Part shown: piece after piece, positions 57,020 through 64,000 of the stretch
Position numbering within the stretch: position 1 is the stretch's first letter
Layout: each line of letters opens with the position of its first letter
Assembly: GCA_964057225.1 (NCBI GenBank)
Contig: CAXKVF010000074.1
Location: 895,012 to 959,011 of the forward strand
Source: Auanema rhodensis
Taxonomy: Eukaryota; Animalia; Nematoda
Length of the DNA: 64,000 nt
Direction of reading: 5' to 3'
Notes under the pieces: model-generated
The model's database searches: none
The model's input: the letters and a program-made list of their open reading frames with translations, nothing else
What the model was told of the DNA's origin: nothing
Made by a program: the position numbers and the translations under genes

Positions 57020-60000
57020 TGGTTCATGGTAACCATGACTTTGAAATTTACGTGAACTTTAATTTATGCTAATTAAATGTACACGTGATGTGCACTTGGT
57101 ATGTAACTCGCTTCACGTGAAAGATAAAGAGATGCGGTTTTCAAAATTAGATTCCCCATGTCCATATTAGTCTAAAACAAATTTTTATTGATATTGGTGC
57201 ATGGTAACCATGACTTTGAAATTTACGTGAACTTTAATTTATGCTAATTAAATGTACACGTGATGTGCACTTGGTATGTAACTCGCTTCACGTGAAAGAT
57301 AAAGAGATGCGGTTTTCAAAATTAGATTCCCCATGTCCATATTAGTCTAAAAACAAATTTTTATTGATATTGGTTCATGGTAACCATGACTTTGAAATTT
57401 ACGTGAACTTTAATTTATGCTAATTAAATGTACACGTGATGTGCACTTGGTATGTAACTCGCTTCACGTGAAAGATGAAGAGATGCGGTTTTCAAAATTA
57501 GATTCCCCATGTCCATATTAGTCTAAAAACAAATTTTTATTGATATTGGTGCATGGTAACCATGACTTTGAAATTTACGTGAACTTTAATTTATGCTAAT
57601 TAAATGTACACGTGATGTGCACTTGGTATGTAACTCGCTTCACGTGAAAGATAAAGAGATGCGGTTTTCAAAATTAGATTCCCCATGTCCATTCTAGTTT
57701 AAAAACAAATTTTTATTGATATTGGTGCATGGTAACCATGACTTTGAAATTTACGTGAACTTTAATTTATGCTAATTAAATGTACACGTGATGTGCACTT
57801 GGTATGTAACTCGCTTCACGTGAAAGATAAAGAGATGCGGTTTTCAAAATTAGATTCCCCATGTCCATATTAGTCTAAAACAAATTTTTATTGATATTGG
57901 TGCATGGTAACCATGACTTTGAAATTTACGTGAACTTTAATTTATGCTAATTAAATGTACACGTGATGTGCACTTGGTATGTAACTCGCTTCACGTGAAA
58001 GATGAAGAGATGCGGTTTCCAAAATTAGATTCCCCATGTCCATATTAGTCTAAAAACAAATTTTTATTGATATTGGTGCATGGTAACCATGACTTTGAAA
58101 TTTACGTGAACTTTAATTTATGCTAATTAAATGTACACGTGATGTGCACTTGGTATGTAACTCGCTTCACGTGAAAGATAAAGAGATGCGGTTTTCAAAA
58201 TTAGATTCCCCATGTCCATATTAGTCTAAAAACAAATTTTTATTGATATTGGTGCATGGTAACCATGACTTTGAAATTTACGTGAACTTTAATTTATGCT
58301 AATTAAATGTACACGTGATGTGCACTTGGTATGTAACTCGCTTCACGTGAAAGATAAAGAGATGCGGTTTTCAAAATTAGATTCCCCATGTCCATATTAG
58401 TCTAAAAACAAATTTTTATTGATATTGGTGCATGGTAACCATGACTTTGAAATTTACGTGAACTTTAATTTATGCTAATTAAATGTACACGTGATGTGCA
58501 CTTGGTATGTAACTCGCTTCACGTGAAAGATAAAGAGATGCGGTTTTCAAAATTAGATTCCCCATGTCCATATTAGTCTAAAAACAAATTTTTATTGATA
58601 TTGGTGCATGGTAACCATGACTTTGAAATTTACGTGAACTTTAATTTATGCTAATTAAATGTACACGTGATGTGCACTTGGTATGTAACTCGCTTCACGT
58701 GAAAGATAAAGAGATGCGGTTTTCAAAATTAGATTCCCCATGTCCATATTAGTCTAAAAACAAATTTTTATTGATATTGATGCATGGTAACCATGACTTT
58801 GAAATTTACGTGAACTTTAATTTATGCTAATTAAATGTACACGTGATGTGTACTTGGTATGTAACTCGCTTCACGTGAAAGATAAAGAGATGCGGTTTTC
58901 AAAATTAGATTCCCCATGTCCATATTAGTCTAAAAACAAATTTTTATTGATATTGCTTCATGGTAACCATGACTTTGAAATTTACGTGAACTTTAATTTA
59001 TGCTAATTAAATGTACACGTGATGTGCACTTGGTATGTAACTCGCTTCACGTGAAAGATAAAGAGATGCGGTTTTCAAAATTAGATTCCCCATGTCCATA
59101 TTAGTCTAAAAACAAATTTTTATTGATATTGGTGCATGGTAACCATGACTTTGAAATTTACGTGAACTTTAATTTATGCTAATTAAATGTACACGTGATG
59201 TGCACTTGGTATGTAACTCGCTTCACGTGAAAGATAAAGAGATGCGGTTTTCAAAATTAGATTCCCATGTCCATATTAGTCTAAAAACAAATTTTTATTG
59301 ATATTGGTTCATGGTAACCATGACTTTGAAATTTACGTGAACTTTAATTTATGCTAATTAAATGTACACGTGATGTGTACTTGGTATGTAACTCGCTTCA
59401 CGTGAAAGATAAAGAGATGCGGTTTTCAAAATTAGATTCCCCATGTCCATATTAGTCTAAAAACAAATTTTTATTGATATTGGTTCATGGTAACCATGAC
59501 TTTGAAATTTACGTGAACTTTAATTTATGCTAATTAAATGTACACGTGATGTGCACTTGGTATGTAACTCGCTTCACGTGAAAGATAAAGAGATGCGGTT
59601 TTCAAAATTAGATTCCCCATGTCCATATTAGTCTAAAAACAAATTTTTATTGATATTGGTGCATGGTAACCATGACTTTGAAATTTACGTGAACTTTAAT
59701 TTATGCTAATTAAATGTACACGTGATGTGCACTTGGTATGTAACTCGCTTCACGTGAAAGATAAAGAGATGCGGTTTTCAAAATTAGATTCCCCATGTCC
59801 ATATTAGTTTAAAAACAAATTTTTATTGATATTGGTGCATGGTAACCATGACTTTGAAATTTACGTGAACTTTAATTTATGCTAATTAAATGTACACGTG
59901 ATGTGCACTTGGTATGTAACTCGCTTCACGTGAAAGATAAAGAGATGCGGTTTTCAAAATTAGATTCCCCATGTCCATATTAGTCTAAAAACAAATTTTT

Positions 60001-63000
60001 ATTGATATTGGTGCATGGTAACCATGACTTTGAAATTTACGTGAACTTTAATTTATGCTAATTAAATGTACACGTGATGTGCACTTGGTATGTAACTCGC
60101 TTCACGTGAAAGATAAAGAGATGCGGTTTTCAAAATTAGATTCCCCATGTCCATATTAGTCTAAAAACAAATTTTTATTGATATTGGTTCATGGTAACCA
60201 TGACTTTGAAATTTACGTGAACTTTAATTTATGCTAATTAATTGTACACGTGATGTGCACTTGGTATGTAACTCGCTTCACGTGAAAGATAAAGAGATGC
60301 GGTTTTCAAAATTAGATTCCCCATGTCCATATTAGTCTAAAAACAAATTTTTATTGATATTGGTTCATGGTAACCATGACTTTGAAATTTACGTGAACTT
60401 TAATTTATGCTAATTAAATGTACACGTGATGTGCACTTGGTATGTAACTCGCTTCACGTGAAAGATAAAGAGATGCGGTTTTCAAAATTAGATTCCCCAT
60501 GTCCATATTAGTCTAAAAACAAATTTTTATTGATATTGATGCATGGTAACCATGACTTTGAAATTTACGTGAACTTTAATTTATGCTAATTAAATGTACA
60601 CGTGATGTGCACTTGGTATGTAACTCGCTTCACGTGAAAGATAAAGAGATGCGGTTTTCAAAATTAGATTCCCCATGTCCATATTAGTCTAAAAACAAAT
60701 TTTTATTGATATTGCTTCATGGTAACCATGACTTTGAAATTTACGTGAACTTTAATTTATGCTAATTAAATGTACACGTGATGTGTACTTGGTATGTAAC
60801 TCGCTTCACGTGAAAGATAAAGAGATGCGGTTTTCAAAATTAGATTCCCCATGTCCATATTAGTCTAAAAACAAATTTTTATTGATATTGGTTCATGGTA
60901 ACCATGACTTTGAAATTTACGTGAACTTTAATTTATGCTAATTAAATGTACACGTGATGTGCACTTGGTATGTAACTCGCTTCACGTGAAAGATAAAGAG
61001 ATGCGGTTTTCAAAATTAGATTCCCCATGTCCATATTAGTCTAAAAACAAATTTTTATTGATATTGGTGCATGGTAACCATGACTTTGAAATTTACGTGA
61101 ACTTTAATTTATGCTAATTAAATGTACACGTGATGTGCACTTGGTATGTAACTCGCTTCACGTGAAAGATAAAGAGATGCGGTTTTCAAATTAGATTCCC
61201 CATGTCCATATTAGTCTAAAAACAAATTTTTATTGATATTGCTTCATGGTAACCATGACTTTGAAATTTACGTGAACTTTAATTTATGCTAATTAAATGT
61301 ACACGTGATGTGTACTTGGTATGTAACTCGCTTCACGTGAAAGATAAAGAGATGCGGTTTTCAAAATTAGATTTCCCATGTCCATATTAGTCTAAAAACA
61401 AATTTTTATTGATATTGGTTCATGGTAACCATGACTTTGAAATTTACGTGAACTTTAATTTATGCTAATTAAATGTACACGTGATGTGCACTTGGTATGT
61501 AACTCGCTTCACGTGAAAGATAAAGAGATGCGGTTTTCAAAATTAGATTCCCCATGTCCATATTAGTCTAAAACAAATTTTTATTGATATTGGTGCATGG
61601 TAACCATGACTTTGAAATTTACGTGAACTTTAATTTATGCTAATTAAATGTACACGTGATGTGCACTTGGTATGTAACTCGCTTCACGTGAAAGATAAAG
61701 AGATGCGGTTTTCAAAATTAGATTCCCCATGTCCATATTAGTCTAAAAACAAATTTTTATTGATATTGGTGCATGGTAACCATGACTTTGAAATTTACGT
61801 GAACTTTAATTTATGCTAATTAAATGTACACGTGATGTGCACTTGGTATGTAACTCGCTTCACGTGAAAGATAAAGAGATGCGGTTTTCAAAATTAGATT
61901 CCCCATGTCCATATTAGTCTAAAAACAAATTTTTATTGATATTGGTTCATGGTAACCATGACTTTGAAATTTACGTGAACTTTAATTTATGCTAATTAAA
62001 TGTACACGTGATGTGCACTTGGTATGTAACTCGCTTCACGTGAAAGATAAAGAGATGCGGTTTTCAAAATTAGATTCCCCATGTCCATATTAGTCTAAAA
62101 CAAATTTTTATTGATATTGGTGCATGGTAACCATGACTTTGAAATTTACGTGAACTTTAATTTATGCTAATTAAATGTACACGTGATGTGCACTTGGTAT
62201 GTAACTCGCTTCACGTGAAAGATAAAGAGATGCGGTTTTCAAAATTAGATTCCCCATGTCCATATTAGTCTAAAAACAAATTTTTATTGATATTGGTTCA
62301 TGGTAACCATGACTTTGAAATTTACGTGAACTTTAATTTATGCTAATTAAATGTACACGTGATGTGCACTTGGTATGTAACTCGCTTCACGTGAAAGATG
62401 AAGAGATGCGGTTTTCAAAATTAGATTCCCCATGTCCATATTAGTCTAAAAACAAATTTTTATTGATATTGGTGCATGGTAACCATGACTTTGAAATTTA
62501 CGTGAACTTTAATTTATGCTAATTAAATGTACACGTGATGTGCACTTGGTATGTAACTCGCTTCACGTGAAAGATAAAGAGATGCGGTTTTCAAAATTAG
62601 ATTCCCCATGTCCATATTAGTTAAAAACAAATTTTTATTGATATTGGTGCATGGTAACCATGACTTTGAAATTTACGTGAACTTTAATTTATGCTAATTA
62701 AATGTACACGTGATGTGCACTTGGTATGTAACTCGCTTCACGTGAAAGATAAAGAGATGCGGTTTTCAAAATTAGATTCCCCATGTCCATATTAGTCTAA
62801 AACAAATTTTATTGATATTGGTGCATGGTAACCATGACTTTGAAATTTACGTGAACTTTAATTTATGCTAATTAAATGTACACGTGATGTGCACTTGGTA
62901 TGTAACTCGCTTCACGTGAAAGATGAAGAGATGCGGTTTCAAAATTAGATTCCCCATGTCCATATTAGTCTAAAAACAAATTTTTATTGATATTGGTGCA

Positions 63001-64000
63001 TGGTAACCATGACTTTGAAATTTACGTGAACTTTAATTTATGCTAATTAAATGTACACGTGATGTGCACTTGGTATGTAACTCGCTTCACGTGAAAGATA
63101 AAGAGATGCGGTTTTCAAAATTAGATTCCCCATGTCCATATTAGTCTAAAAACAAATTTTTATTGATATTGGTGCATGGTAACCATGACTTTGAAATTTA
63201 CGTGAACTTTAATTTATGCTAATTAAATGTACACGTGATGTGCACTTGGTATGTAACTCGCTTCACGTGAAAGATAAAGAGATGCGGTTTTCAAAATTAG
63301 ATTCCCCATGTCCATATTAGTCTAAAAACAAATTTTTATTGATATTGGTGCATGGTAACCATGACTTTGAAATTTACGTGAACTTTAATTTATGCTAATT
63401 AAATGTACACGTGATGTGCACTTGGTATGTAACTCGCTTCACGTGAAAGATAAAGAGATGCGGTTTTCAAAATTAGATTCCCCATGTCCATATTAGTCTA
63501 AAACAAATTTTTATTGATATTGGTGCATGGTAACCATGACTTTGAAATTTACGTGAACTTTAATTTATGCTAATTAAATGTACACGTGATGTGCACTTGG
63601 TATGTAACTCGCTTCACGTGAAAGATAAAGAGATGCGGTTTTCAAAATTAGATTCCCCATGTCCATATTAGTCTAAAAACAAATTTTTATTGATATTGAT
63701 GCATGGTAACCATGACTTTGAAATTTACGTGAACTTTAATTTATGCTAATTAAATGTACACGTGATGTGTACTTGGTATGTAACTCGCTTCACGTGAAAG
63801 ATAAAGAGATGCGGTTTCAAAATTAGATTCCCCATGTCCATATTAGTCTAAAAACAAATTTTTATTGATATTGCTTCATGGTAACCATGACTTTGAAATT
63901 TACGTGAACTTTAATTTATGCTAATTAAATGTACACGTGATGTGCACTTGGTATGTAACTCGCTTCACGTGAAAGATAAAGAGATGCGGTTTTCAAAATT
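57020..64000 (+). repeat. Block of ~12 monomers (~57020-59080) repeated at a 28-monomer offset (~61943-64000, truncated by the window end)
   Basis: A5>A4 deletions ~57175/62100 and ~57880/62800; A107G 57477/62400 and 57994/62915; C153T ~57699/62622; G3A 58780/63698; C74T 58851/63770; G3C 58956/63874. Confidence 0.88.

Larger units (their letters stand above)
1..64000. repeat. Tandem satellite DNA array, 176-bp monomer, 363 full copies plus one partial, single orientation; candidate centromeric/pericentromeric satellite; runs off both window edges
   Basis: TGGT(G/T)CATGGTAACCATG recurs at 1, 177, 353 and onward. The last monomer starts at 63872 = 1+363x176-17, and the indels I can see account for the net -17 (-2 at ~1691; -1 at ~5441, 5616, 6495, 10718; +1 at ~23565; twelve -1 events after 57170). 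About 57 of 176 bases are G+C. The centromeric role is inferred, not shown. Confidence 0.99.

Noticed and set aside
1-64000. CRISPR array (regular period with palindromic elements)
   Set aside because: There are no unique spacers: all 176 bp repeat. No leader or cas genes are present.
1-64000. Repetitive protein-coding ORF
   Set aside because: Each monomer has stops in all plus frames (TAA 11, TGA 34, TAA 51) and all minus frames (TTA at 29, 40, 45), so no ORF can span a monomer.
1-64000. Embedded transposon, inversion or unique insertion hidden in the array
   Set aside because: Phase arithmetic accounts for the whole window with only 1-2 bp indels (net -17 bp), and all monomers read in the same orientation.
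1-64000. Assignment to a named satellite family or species based on the 176-bp length
   Set aside because: Length alone is not diagnostic, and I do not recognise the sequence; a database search is needed.
1-64000. G/T string at position 5 as an information-bearing code or programmed diversification system
   Set aside because: Its patterns are explained by block duplications co-inherited with other variants, and no enzyme, template or target locus is present.

Overview
The whole window is one uninterrupted, head-to-tail satellite DNA array in a single orientation. It has 363 complete ~176-bp monomers plus a final 129-bp partial copy (63872-64000) and is ~32% GC. Consensus monomer (phase of position 1): TGGTKCATGGTAACCATGACTTTGAAATTTACGTGAACTTTAATTTATGCTAATTAAATGTACACGTGATGTGCACTTGGTATGTAACTCGCTTCACGTGAAAGATAAAGAGATGCGGTTTTCAAAATTAGATTCCCCATGTCCATATTAGTCTAAAAACAAATTTTTATTGATAT. 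Most monomers differ from it at 0-3 positions. I see no genes, RNA genes, transposons, CRISPR spacers or unique sequence; every monomer has stop codons in all six frames. The nucleosome-scale monomer, AT richness, very high homogeneity and many dyad symmetries resemble a eukaryotic centromeric/pericentromeric satellite (inference). I cannot identify the family or organism. The real structure lies in the variants: local multi-monomer duplications with offsets of 2, 4, 7, 9, 10, 11, 15, 17, 19, 21 and 28 monomers rather than one fixed higher-order repeat; roughly three variant domains; a G/T dimorphism; several variants that perfect quasi-palindromes; and a cluster of homopolymer deletions at the right end that may be partly an assembly artefact. 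I found no evidence for a novel gene-based system. Variant names below (e.g. A107G) use monomer coordinates; they were read by eye, so breakpoints are approximate.
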